A DNA stretch of 32,000 bases from Candidatus Micrarchaeum sp. GTDB taxonomy: Archaea > Micrarchaeota > Micrarchaeia > Micrarchaeales > Micrarchaeaceae. Below the pieces are notes generated by a model. It saw only the letters and a list, made by a program, of their open reading frames with translations. It searched no databases and had not been told where the DNA came from. Positions within the stretch are counted from its first letter, which is position 1. Every line of letters begins with the position of its first letter. Where the stretch lies: assembly GCF_016806735.1 (NCBI RefSeq), contig NZ_CP060530.1:30001-62000 (forward strand), written 5' to 3'. A program made the translations under genes and the position numbers. This document shows, piece after piece, positions 1-8,225 of this stretch.

Positions 1-1
1 A

Positions 2-160
2 AGGATATACCTAGGATTGCATTATCTTACTGACGTAATCGCTGGAGCGGCGCTCAGCATTGTAGTCGCTTACATCATATACAGGTATAGGGATTATATA
101 AATAAGGCGTTAAATGCCGTAGTGAAGAAAATATTGCCCCCGTTGGCAGTCCAAAAGTGA
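2..160 (+). CDS. PAP2-family (type 2 phosphatidate / polyprenyl-diphosphate) phosphatase, C-terminal fragment; 5' end lies outside the window
   Basis: Frame 2 is open from the window edge to TGA at 158-160. The translation RIYLGLHYLTDVIAGAALSIVVAYIIY contains the PAP2 C3 motif R-x5-H-x3-D, followed by a hydrophobic helix. Confidence 0.5.
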   Translation, partial: RIYLGLHYLTDVIAGAALSIVVAYIIYRYRDYINKALNAVVKKILPPLAVQK

Positions 161-164
161 TTAT

Positions 165-1007
165 GTGGCAAAAGTTAATCTGAGCAAGAAACAGGCATAT
201 GCAATAATAGGCGTATTGATAGTCATCGTAGCTGTTATAGCACTGTACGAGAATTCTACAAGCAGTGCGGGCAAAGCTGACATAAAGTTTGATAATGTAG
301 CAGTAAGTAGTTCCTATCTTTCGCAGCTCTACGATGTAGCAACCAATATGACACTTGCCAACAACATAGGAATAGGTACGGCTTCTAGCTATCCCTCTCC
401 CTCTGGAAGCAACGTAAGTCTTACTTCAGATGGAATGCCTGAAATGCTGTATATAGGTGCTGATTACTGCCCATTTTGCGCCATAACAAGATGGGGAATG
501 ATTGTTGCCCTAATGAGATTCGGAAACTTCTCTAAGCTTCATTATATGACTTCCAGCGCTACCGACTATGAGCCAAATACTGCAACTTTCACATTTTATA
601 ATTCGAGCTATTCGAGCAACTATGTGGACTTCCAGGGAGTTGAAACGCTAACGAATACATACAAGCCGCTACAGAATATGACAAATGAGGAAGGAGTGAT
701 ATTTTCAAGGTTCGATTCCAACAACACCGCAATTCCAGCTGATGAGAGAGACGCAATACCTTTCATAGACTTCGGAAACAAGACCATACAGATAGGAGCA
801 GAGGTCAGCCCTGCAATAATAAACCCGTATAACTGGAACCAGGTACTTTCGTTCCTTCAGACGAATCCAAACAGCCCAGTTACCCAAGCGATAATTGGCG
901 AGGCAAACGTTTTCACTGCACAAATATGCAATATTGACGGAAACAAGCCGGCAAGCGTGTGCAACCAGAGATTCGTTAAGACAGTCGATGGGATTACTGG
1001 GGCTTAA
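165..1007 (+). CDS. DUF929-like membrane-anchored thioredoxin-fold protein with a CPFC motif
   Basis: GTG-initiated 280-aa ORF starting 4 nt after the PAP2 stop. It has an N-terminal signal-anchor helix (AYAIIGVLIVIVAVIALY). The extracytoplasmic domain carries YIGADYCPFCAITRWGMIVALMRFG, which I recognise as the archaeal DUF929 pattern (C-P-x-C). Confidence 0.6.
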   Translation: MAKVNLSKKQAYAIIGVLIVIVAVIALYENSTSSAGKADIKFDNVAVSSSYLSQLYDVATNMTLANNIGIGTASSYPSPSGSNVSLTSDGMPEMLYIGADYCPFCAITRWGMIVALMRFGNFSKLHYMTSSATDYEPNTATFTFYNSSYSSNYVDFQGVETLTNTYKPLQNMTNEEGVIFSRFDSNNTAIPADERDAIPFIDFGNKTIQIGAEVSPAIINPYNWNQVLSFLQTNPNSPVTQAIIGEANVFTAQICNIDGNKPASVCNQRFVKTVDGITGA

Positions 1008-2455
1008 AGAGCCGATTTCACATATTTGTACATTGCGCTGAGGCGCTTGGCTACCGACCTGTTTAAAGCGATGACATTTTCTTTTTCTTCGATGTCATCC
1101 ATGCGATACAGCTCGCTGGGCCGTTTTCCGTAGAAATGCACAAGCTTGTAGCCATTGCTTATTATAGAATAGGCCTTAGTATTGTACGATAGCTTCGCCT
1201 TGTATATGCGTGCGGCATATTCTGAACGGCGGCGCAGCGCAGAAAGCAGCATCCCATCCCAGCCTTCGCTTATTCCATTGTGCTCGCTTATGACTTGGTT
1301 TTTCTTGTAAGCACCATTAGAACCTGCCATTGAAAGAACCATCCCATGCATGTCTATCAGGCTTGTCGGATCGCTTATGCTGCTTCCATCAGAGACGGGC
1401 TTGCCGTTTTCGAATTTGGATATTATCAACGGCACATTGTTGACTTCCTTGTATGGATATAAGGAATGGTAGAGCATGCCGTGCTCCCCAAAGAATTGCC
1501 CATGGTCCGAAGTAACTATAACGCTCGCATCATCGAGCATTCCGTTGTCCCTGAGAATCCGCAAAGATTTCCCTATCTGCCTGTCCAAGTAAGAAAGCCT
1601 TCTCATATATCCTTCATGGAACTTCTTTGTTATGTCGTTGCTCATCTCAAGTATTCCGCTGAGATAGAGCCATTTGTCCTGTATTATGCTGCTATCCCTT
1701 ACCGGATAGTTTTCGTGGGCTTCTATGCAGTTTATGAACATGAATTGTGGCTTGTAGTTGTATTCCTTTTCCAAGTATGCCTTAAGCGCGTTGTTTGTAT
1801 CTAGAGCGCCGCGATCCATGCGATATGTTCCATCGGCATTTGCAACTCCCGCGGCCATCTTAACTCTGAGGTTCAGGTATAGGCGGTTTAGGAGCGAATC
1901 CGGAATAAAATTGGAAAGGCTGAGCGCAGTCTTGAAAAGAGCTTTGCGCATTGCCTCGCCCTTTATGAAATTCGAAAGGAGCTTGGCCTTCTTTGGGTTA
2001 TACTTTATGTTGGAGTTCATCCAAAGGTCGTAGACCTTGTCGAACCCTATGGCGAGGTTGGTATTGCTGGTCAGGAACGGATTGTTTGAGAACAAGACCG
2101 AATAGTATCCTTGGTTATGGAGCTTTGACGCAAGCGTGATTGCGTTGTTTGGCAGGAACTTTATCTTTACTATCCACGGATCTATCGAAGAATCCGAAAG
2201 GAAATTATGCGACGCCTGCTTTATCTTTGACGAAAGCCTTGATGTAAATATGGACGCATGTGCTGGAGCAGTCCAAGTTGCTGGAGAGATTGCGTTCTCA
2301 AAACTGGTTCCGTGTGCAGAAAGGTAGTTTATGTTTTTAAGAGAAGGATTGCCATACGCATCGCTAGCCCTGAGCGTATCGAGAAGCAACACTATTATAT
2401 TTTTGCTCTTGCCAAAGCTATCATGCCTTGACACGGGCTTCCTTGAGCTTGACAT
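1004..2455 (-). CDS. Sulfatase-fold (alkaline phosphatase superfamily) hydrolase/transferase, probably with a Thr nucleophile
   Basis: 483-aa ORF with ATG at 2455. Motifs IIVLLLDTLRASD and VIVTSDHGQFFGEHG are typical of the sulfatase fold. The position of the sulfatase C/S-x-P-x-R nucleophile reads W-T-A-P-A-H (Thr). No signal peptide or TM helix is visible. Confidence 0.7.
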   Translation of the reverse strand: MSSSRKPVSRHDSFGKSKNIIVLLLDTLRASDAYGNPSLKNINYLSAHGTSFENAISPATWTAPAHASIFTSRLSSKIKQASHNFLSDSSIDPWIVKIKFLPNNAITLASKLHNQGYYSVLFSNNPFLTSNTNLAIGFDKVYDLWMNSNIKYNPKKAKLLSNFIKGEAMRKALFKTALSLSNFIPDSLLNRLYLNLRVKMAAGVANADGTYRMDRGALDTNNALKAYLEKEYNYKPQFMFINCIEAHENYPVRDSSIIQDKWLYLSGILEMSNDITKKFHEGYMRRLSYLDRQIGKSLRILRDNGMLDDASVIVTSDHGQFFGEHGMLYHSLYPYKEVNNVPLIISKFENGKPVSDGSSISDPTSLIDMHGMVLSMAGSNGAYKKNQVISEHNGISEGWDGMLLSALRRRSEYAARIYKAKLSYNTKAYSIISNGYKLVHFYGKRPSELYRMDDIEEKENVIALNRSVAKRLSAMYKYVKSAL

Positions 2456-2484
2456 TTGCCTCGGCTTTTAATTTGCAGAAACAG

Positions 2485-2496
2485 TATATAAATATT
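2485..2496. promoter_or_regulatory. TATA-like element (TATATAAATATT) in the divergent sulfatase-fold / GT4 intergenic region
   Basis: It is the only strongly AT-rich box in the 78-nt gap. It lies about 35 nt from the minus-strand ATG 2455 and about 45 nt from the plus-strand ATG 2534. Confidence 0.35.
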
Positions 2497-2498
2497 GA

Positions 2499-2515
2499 TA
2501 TGAAACCGTTTCATA
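2499..2515. promoter_or_regulatory. Perfect 8+1+8 palindrome TATGAAAC-C-GTTTCATA (candidate operator)
   Basis: Read directly from the sequence. It sits between the TATA-like box and the GT4 start, about where a TSS would fall. Confidence 0.4.
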
Positions 2516-2533
2516 CCGGTCCGATAGTTGGTT

Positions 2534-3694
2534 ATGATGGAAATATGCGTATTGAATCCGTATTTTTACCCGTATTTTGGCGGGACTGAAAAGGTTCTGC
2601 TGGAAATATACAAGCGCCTATCAAAAAAGAATAATATTACCGTAATAACATCTTCGGTAGGCAGCGAGCCTGGAGAGACAACGTTCGAAGGAATCAAAAT
2701 ATTGAGACTTAAGACCGTGCAGCGTACACTCCCCCACCTTCCACTCCCACTGGCATCCATGGACGGGTTAAACGCAGCAATAGAAAAAACCGCTGCGGAT
2801 ATATACCACATAAACAACAGATACCAGTATTTTAGCAGCACAATAAACACAATAAAAAATAAGACTTCTGGAAAGCTCGCATTGACAATACACAACTCGC
2901 TCCCTAAGGGAATTGACCCTATAACGGATTTTGGAGGATTGGCATATGATATCTTTTGGGGGCGGAAGATAATGAAAAGAGCAGACGTGATAACTGCAGT
3001 TTCGAAAAACGCAATGGAGACCACAGTCCCAATTAAATTTAGAAAAAAATCCCATGTCATATTCAATGGCATAGACTACAAGTCGTTCATGCCGGCCATG
3101 GACAGCGGCAGGGTTGCAAAGACAAGGGCCTCCATGGGATTTGAGAAAGATGGGATTTTGCTAATATCAAATGGCAGGCTGACAAGGCAGAAAGGGCACT
3201 CTTACCTGATACGTGCCGTAGCAGAATTGGACAGGATAGGTAAACCCGCCAACTTGTTCATAATAGGCAGGGGCCCAATGGAAAGCAGGCTTAGGGAATT
3301 GGCAAAAAACCTTGGAATCCAGGACAAGGTCAGGATATCGAACGGAATAGGAGAAGAAGACCTGCCGTATTATTATAATGCAGCGGACATGTTCGTATTT
3401 CCATCCCTTTATGAGCCGGCAGGAATGGCGATGCTTGAAGCATTATCGTGCGGAACTCCGACTATCGCAACCAAAATAGGAGGAATACCGGAAGCGCTGC
3501 AGAATTACGGCGAATATATTAAGATTAAGGATGTAAAAAGCATTACGAATGCAATAATGAAAGTGTCTTCAGACATAGGGCATTACAGAAAGCTCGCGAT
3601 TGAATGCAGGGAGAACGTAATAAAGAGGGAGCATGACTGGAACTCCATAGCGAAAAGATACGAAGAAGCATTCGGACAGGTACTAGGGGCATAG
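2534..3694 (+). CDS. Glycosyltransferase family 4 (GT-B fold)
   Basis: C-terminal GT4 signature EPAGMAMLEALSCGTPTIATKIGGIPE and N-terminal NPYFYPYFGGTEKV. The ORF opens at TTG 2528, and the ATGs at 2534/2537 are more plausible starts. Confidence 0.85.
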   Translation: MMEICVLNPYFYPYFGGTEKVLLEIYKRLSKKNNITVITSSVGSEPGETTFEGIKILRLKTVQRTLPHLPLPLASMDGLNAAIEKTAADIYHINNRYQYFSSTINTIKNKTSGKLALTIHNSLPKGIDPITDFGGLAYDIFWGRKIMKRADVITAVSKNAMETTVPIKFRKKSHVIFNGIDYKSFMPAMDSGRVAKTRASMGFEKDGILLISNGRLTRQKGHSYLIRAVAELDRIGKPANLFIIGRGPMESRLRELAKNLGIQDKVRISNGIGEEDLPYYYNAADMFVFPSLYEPAGMAMLEALSCGTPTIATKIGGIPEALQNYGEYIKIKDVKSITNAIMKVSSDIGHYRKLAIECRENVIKREHDWNSIAKRYEEAFGQVLGA

Positions 3695-3695
3695 G

Positions 3696-4775
3696 ATGGC
3701 TAGCAAAAAGAAGAAAAGCTCCATTTGGTATACTATAACAAATGTCAACGAGCTCAACAAGGAGGAGTACCTCAAGCTCATAAAGCGCGTTTCCCTTTTT
3801 GTCGGACTCGGGTTTGTTGCAAGCTTTATCGTTTTCTTCGTCATAGCCTTGCTTGGAGGCATAGGAAATGTCATAAAAACGATGGAGAACGCAAATCCGT
3901 TCTATTACTTTCTTGCTTTCGCTGCGGTATTCGCAGGATACCTCCTCAGGTTCATCAAATGGCTTTATTACACAAAACAGCTCAAGCTCAAGGTTCCGCT
4001 CAAAAAGAATTTCATAGTATACCTTTCGCAGTATTCAATGAACATAACGCCCGGGAAGCTTGGCAGGGTGCTTGTTGCTTATACGCTGAGCAGGATAACA
4101 AACATAAAAGCGTCCAACATACTGCCAGTAGTGACAATAGACATATTTACGGATTTTCTAGGGGTTGGAATATTGGCACTGGTTTCTGCGATATACTTCG
4201 ACCAGTTCGTAATCTACGTTCTCATAATAGACATGGTGCTGATGCTGCCATATCTTTTCATACTGAACGACTGGTTCTACAATTTCATGAAAAAGATGTT
4301 CAAGAAAAGAAGATTCATAGAAACATTCACACTCTATGGTGACGAGTATTTTGCTTCTCAGAGCGTTCTTAACACACCGAAGACATACTTAGTCTCGCTT
4401 GTAGTAACCATACCTGCTGCATTTCTGAACGCTATGGCCCTGTTCTTTGCGCTGCTCTCCATAGGGCTGGCCCCTCACGTTGTTGCAAGTGCATTCATAG
4501 AGTCCTCCAGCAACGTTTTCGGCATGATAACTGGCATACCCGGGAACATAGGAGTTACTGACGGATCCCTGGTTGCACTGATAGGAACCATTTTCAAGAC
4601 CACTTTTGCGACTTCGTCTGCATTGACGATAATGACAAGGTTTGCAACGCTGTGGTTCGGCGTTCTGCTTGGCGGAGCTACTCTTCTCTACAGCTTCAGA
4701 TATTGGACTGAAAACCTGTCAAAAAGAACAAGAAGAGGTGCAAAGCGCACCAAAAAGAGAGTCAGAAAAGAATGA
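3696..4775 (+). CDS. Flippase-like polytopic membrane protein (LPG-synthase-TM / UPF0104-like)
   Basis: 359 aa with Lys/Arg-rich termini and about eight hydrophobic helices by eye. The ATG lies 1 nt after the GT4 stop, suggesting coupling. This family typically accompanies glycosyltransferases. Confidence 0.55.
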   Translation: MASKKKKSSIWYTITNVNELNKEEYLKLIKRVSLFVGLGFVASFIVFFVIALLGGIGNVIKTMENANPFYYFLAFAAVFAGYLLRFIKWLYYTKQLKLKVPLKKNFIVYLSQYSMNITPGKLGRVLVAYTLSRITNIKASNILPVVTIDIFTDFLGVGILALVSAIYFDQFVIYVLIIDMVLMLPYLFILNDWFYNFMKKMFKKRRFIETFTLYGDEYFASQSVLNTPKTYLVSLVVTIPAAFLNAMALFFALLSIGLAPHVVASAFIESSSNVFGMITGIPGNIGVTDGSLVALIGTIFKTTFATSSALTIMTRFATLWFGVLLGGATLLYSFRYWTENLSKRTRRGAKRTKKRVRKE

Positions 4776-4783
4776 GGGAACGC

Positions 4784-5143
4784 TTACGCGTCCAAGTCTT
4801 CCGGCTCGTCCAGGGCGTCGTCAAGGGATTCTTCTTCATCCTTGCCGCTTGATCCGCCTAGAACCTGTATCTTTCCGAACTTGCCAGTTGAAAGCTGCGG
4901 CGTGCCGCGGAATTCGTTGACATAGCAGTTTGAAAGCTCTACCTTGTCTCCTACTTTGACAGAGTTTATATCATTGCCCCAGAGGGACATGTTTATCGTT
5001 CCGCTGTCATCCTTGAGCGTTATGTTTGCAACCATTAGCCTCTTGCCAAACTTATTGACAACCTCCCTAGGTTCTTCCTTTTGTACTATTGTGGCTGTAA
5101 TGTTAACGTTTCCTGTGCCTGCCTTTAGATCGCTTATCTTCAT
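4784..5143 (-). CDS. ssb: Single-OB-fold ssDNA-binding protein with an acidic C-terminal tail
   Basis: 119 aa. OB-fold pattern VNITATIVQKEEPREV..GKRLMVANITLKDDSGTINMSLWGNDINSVKVGDKVELSNCYVNEFRGTPQLS, followed by a GGSSG linker and the tail DEEESLDDALDEPEDLDA. Confidence 0.6.
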   Translation of the reverse strand: MKISDLKAGTGNVNITATIVQKEEPREVVNKFGKRLMVANITLKDDSGTINMSLWGNDINSVKVGDKVELSNCYVNEFRGTPQLSTGKFGKIQVLGGSSGKDEEESLDDALDEPEDLDA

Positions 5144-5241
5144 TAGAACACCTGAGTTTATGTTTATTTTTATAAAAAGCTTATTTAACCTTTGCCCCTA
5201 GTGCCGCTATTGTAGCGGGTTCCCTTTTTGGCTCAGATAAG

Positions 5242-5251
5242 CTATAAAAAA
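5242..5251 (+). promoter_or_regulatory. TATA-like box (CTATAAAAAA) upstream of the Mrp-like gene
   Basis: Centred about 32 nt upstream of ATG 5279, consistent with a leaderless or short-leader mRNA. Confidence 0.35.
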
Positions 5252-5278
5252 GGCTTCCAGCATAAATACTGCGATAAA

Positions 5279-6058
5279 ATGGCAGAAGAACAAGCCCAGC
5301 ATGTGCACCCCTCTTTTGCAGGGGTAATAAGGCAGAAGGAAGAGGTAAAGGCCAAGCTTGCAGGCATAAAGAACAAGATAGGAGTTTACAGCGCCAAAGG
5401 TGGTGTCGGAAAGACCACTGTGGCTGTGAACCTTGCGATTGCACTTGCAAAAATGGGAAAAAGCGTAGGGCTGCTTGACGCTGACATAGACTGCCCAAAC
5501 GTGCCAATGTTCATGGGAATAGAGGACCGCATGGACATAAGCCATTTCCCGCTAAAGCCGCTTGAGAGGCAGGGCATAAAGGTGGCTTCCACGGCAATGA
5601 TAGTGGATGATGCAAAAAAGCCGATAATATGGAGGGGGGCCCTTATAGCTAAAATGCTCGGCGACTTTTTCGAGAACACAGACTGGGGACAGCTCGACTA
5701 TTTGATAATAGACCTGCCTCCAGGAACATCAGATGCGCCGCTTTCGATAATGCAGCTTCTTGACATGAAGGGTTTCGTGCTAGTTACCACTCCTGCAAGG
5801 ATAGCCGCAGTGAATTCCGTACGCTCAGGGCTCATGGCCAAAAGGCTGGGAAAAGCAGTCCTGGGCGTTGTGGAAAACATGTCGGAGGGAACGACAGAGC
5901 AGGCAGAGTATGTAGCCAAGGCGCTGGATACTGAAGTAATAGGAAAGATAAGCCTCAACAAAAGGATATCCAAGCTTGAGGATGAGGGAAAGATACCGGT
6001 TTTGGAGGACGAAACGGTATTCGAAGAGTTTAAAGCCATAGCCGAGCGCATAGCCTGA
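5279..6058 (+). CDS. Mrp/NBP35/ApbC-family P-loop ATPase, variant lacking the C-terminal CXXC motif
   Basis: Motifs VYSAKGGVGKTTVAVNLA (deviant Walker A), LLDADIDCPN, IIWRG, DYLIIDLPPGTSD and VVENMS. The ORF track opens at TTG 5228. ATG 5279 lies about 30 nt downstream of the TATA-like CTATAAAAAA, so I prefer it. Confidence 0.85.
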   Translation: MAEEQAQHVHPSFAGVIRQKEEVKAKLAGIKNKIGVYSAKGGVGKTTVAVNLAIALAKMGKSVGLLDADIDCPNVPMFMGIEDRMDISHFPLKPLERQGIKVASTAMIVDDAKKPIIWRGALIAKMLGDFFENTDWGQLDYLIIDLPPGTSDAPLSIMQLLDMKGFVLVTTPARIAAVNSVRSGLMAKRLGKAVLGVVENMSEGTTEQAEYVAKALDTEVIGKISLNKRISKLEDEGKIPVLEDETVFEEFKAIAERIA

Positions 6059-6099
6059 AAGAAATAAGTATTTCTGCTGACATTATATATTAGAGTATT

Positions 6100-7152
6100 A
6101 TGCTTAAGGACGCAGTTCTGTGGGAAGCCGCTGGCAGCAAGGTCAGGTGCAATGCCTGCTCAAGGAGGTGCTTGATTCCTGAAGGAGGGCACGGCTTCTG
6201 CTATATAAGGAAGAACATAGGCGGCAAGCTTTTCCTTGCGAATTATGGAGTGCTTGACGCGATACAGATAGACCCAATAGAGAAGAAACCATTCAACCAC
6301 TTCATGCCAGGCACAACTGTTTTGGGAGTGGGGACATCGTCATGCAATTTCGGATGCCTTTTCTGCCAGAACCACAACATATCGAAAGAGAAGGATATAG
6401 AGGGAACGTACTTGGGGCCTGAGGAACTGGTCGATATGGCAGTGCGCAACGGCGCTGACGGAATAGCATTCACTTACAACGAGCCCACAATATTCATAGA
6501 ATATGCTCTCGACGTTGCAAAAATCGCGCATAAGGCAGGGCTGTATACCGTATTCGTAAGCAACGGCTACATGACCAAAGAGGCCGTAGAATTGATGAAA
6601 GGCAGCATAGATGCTGTTGTCGTAGATTTTAAGGGAAATGGGGAAAGGGTATTTGCCAATAAGTATATGGCGCTCTATTCTCCGGAACCGATAAAAGAGG
6701 CCCTGATAGCGCTGAAAAACTCAGGAATCCACGTGGAGATAACGGATCTGGTGATACCTGAAGTAGGGGATGATGAGAATGCCTGCACCGAGCTATGTTC
6801 GTGGATTGCCTCAAATCTTGGAAACGATGTTCCAGTGCATTTTACCAGATTTCATCCGGACTACAAAATGGATTACCTAAGCAGCACGCCCCTCTCAACT
6901 TTGGAAAAACACTATGAAATAGCGAAGAAGGCAGGATTGAAATACGTTTATATAGGCAACGTGCCGGGGAACTCAAGGGAAAGCACTTTCTGCCCTTCAT
7001 GCGGCCGTATGGTAATAGAAAGGCTTGGTTTCGACATACTGGACAACAGATTGTCCAAGGGAAACGAATGCCCTTACTGCGGAGAAAAAATAAAGATCAC
7101 AGGCAGAACGCCGAAAAGAATAAGGCACGGAAACATAAGAAGCATTTATTGA
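6100..7152 (+). CDS. AmmeMemoRadiSam-system radical SAM enzyme (PflX-like activase)
   Basis: DPIEKKPFNHFMPGTTVLGVGTSSCNFGCLFCQNHNIS contains the CX3CX2C radical SAM motif. There is an N-terminal Cys cluster (CNACSRRC...GFC) and a C-terminal zinc ribbon (CPSCG...CPYCG). Confidence 0.85.
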   Translation: MLKDAVLWEAAGSKVRCNACSRRCLIPEGGHGFCYIRKNIGGKLFLANYGVLDAIQIDPIEKKPFNHFMPGTTVLGVGTSSCNFGCLFCQNHNISKEKDIEGTYLGPEELVDMAVRNGADGIAFTYNEPTIFIEYALDVAKIAHKAGLYTVFVSNGYMTKEAVELMKGSIDAVVVDFKGNGERVFANKYMALYSPEPIKEALIALKNSGIHVEITDLVIPEVGDDENACTELCSWIASNLGNDVPVHFTRFHPDYKMDYLSSTPLSTLEKHYEIAKKAGLKYVYIGNVPGNSRESTFCPSCGRMVIERLGFDILDNRLSKGNECPYCGEKIKITGRTPKRIRHGNIRSIY

Positions 7153-7158
7153 ACGTTT

Positions 7159-8187
7159 TTATTGATAGGTGTATCCTAGCTTTATCGCCTTCCTTACAGA
7201 AAGCTTGTATGATACTGCCCCTATTATTACTACCACAGCTATCACTATGAAAAATCCTATGCCTAAATCATGCAGATTGTGGATCTTAAGCGGGGTTATA
7301 ATCCCGTATTGGAGTATGTTTGGAAATATTTCGACCAATATTCCTGCCACAAAGAATGTTATTCCGCCGTACAGCAGCACGTCAGAGCTTATGCTTCTTG
7401 CAAGGAAAGCTATTCCCTTCTTCGTAAGTTTCTTTACCTTGGTTATCCATTTCCCGAACGCTGCTCCAAATATTATTTGCATTGTCATAGTCCCAAGGCC
7501 GAAAAGAGCTCCAGGAACCCATCCCAGCCATGGGCTCGGCATGGAAGGTGAAAGGACAGTGTATATTATAAGAGCGAAAGCGCCGAAGCCGAAACCAGCT
7601 ATTAAGCCGTGAAGGAACGCCATCTTCGATGGAACCTTCTTTAGGCCTATGCCTTCATCGTCAGAAGTCAGCGGGTTCTTTTTGTGCTCGAATTCTAGTT
7701 CCTGATCGTGGCTTTTTGGCTTGTGTAGATGGACCATGACACCCAACTTTTCCTCAAGCCAGTGCCAGTGAAGATACACACCCTTCTCTTTTATGTAGAG
7801 CCCGGCAAGCAGCATTGCCAGGCCGACAAACATGTAGGTTATTCCGAAGATCAAAGAGGTAGTAAGGATTCCCACAAGAGCGAAATATGCAAGCTCGGAA
7901 ACGAGAGCGCGCTGCAGCGTGAATCCGGAAGAGAATATCATACCCGCTTTCATTCCCTCCTTGCTGCTATAGCTTCCAACGGCATACGAAAAAGTTATTG
8001 GCCACGTATGCTCGTCAGGGGTTATCCCGTGGATTATGCCCAATAGGTATGAGAGTATTATCGCAGTTATAAAACCCACATTAGTAGGGTTGAAAAGGTT
8101 AAGGTTAATCATGCTCTCATTTATAAAGGTTAAAGTAAAACCTGAAATAGTTTTATTATGCTTCATTTTATTAATACTTTCCTGCAT
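7159..8187 (-). CDS. Polytopic membrane protein with a His-rich cytoplasmic loop; putative NicO/RcnA-like Ni/Co transporter
   Basis: 342 aa with no Cys. The helix-1 motif HGITPDEH and a second-half motif FLHGLIAGFGFG resemble NicO/RcnA-type repeats. The central loop LHWHWLEEKLGVMVHLHKPKSHDQELEFEH is His-rich. Alternative in-frame ATG starts are at 8166 and 8112. Confidence 0.45.
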   Translation of the reverse strand: MQESINKMKHNKTISGFTLTFINESMINLNLFNPTNVGFITAIILSYLLGIIHGITPDEHTWPITFSYAVGSYSSKEGMKAGMIFSSGFTLQRALVSELAYFALVGILTTSLIFGITYMFVGLAMLLAGLYIKEKGVYLHWHWLEEKLGVMVHLHKPKSHDQELEFEHKKNPLTSDDEGIGLKKVPSKMAFLHGLIAGFGFGAFALIIYTVLSPSMPSPWLGWVPGALFGLGTMTMQIIFGAAFGKWITKVKKLTKKGIAFLARSISSDVLLYGGITFFVAGILVEIFPNILQYGIITPLKIHNLHDLGIGFFIVIAVVVIIGAVSYKLSVRKAIKLGYTYQ

Positions 8188-8225
8188 TTACAATTTACAG
8201 CGGTGATAGTATAAAGCTTAGTGTA

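Noticed and set aside
705-725. A GGTTCGATTCC string resembling a tRNA T-loop, inside the DUF929 gene.
   Set aside because: The flanking bases can form only about 2 bp of T-stem. No acceptor, D or anticodon arms can be drawn, and it lies in a coding region.
5228-5278. TTG-initiated 17-codon extension of the Mrp-like gene given in the ORF track.
   Set aside because: The extension covers the TATA-like box CTATAAAAAA (5242-5251) and lies in the divergent promoter region shared with ssb. ATG 5279 is at the right distance for a leaderless or short-leader start.
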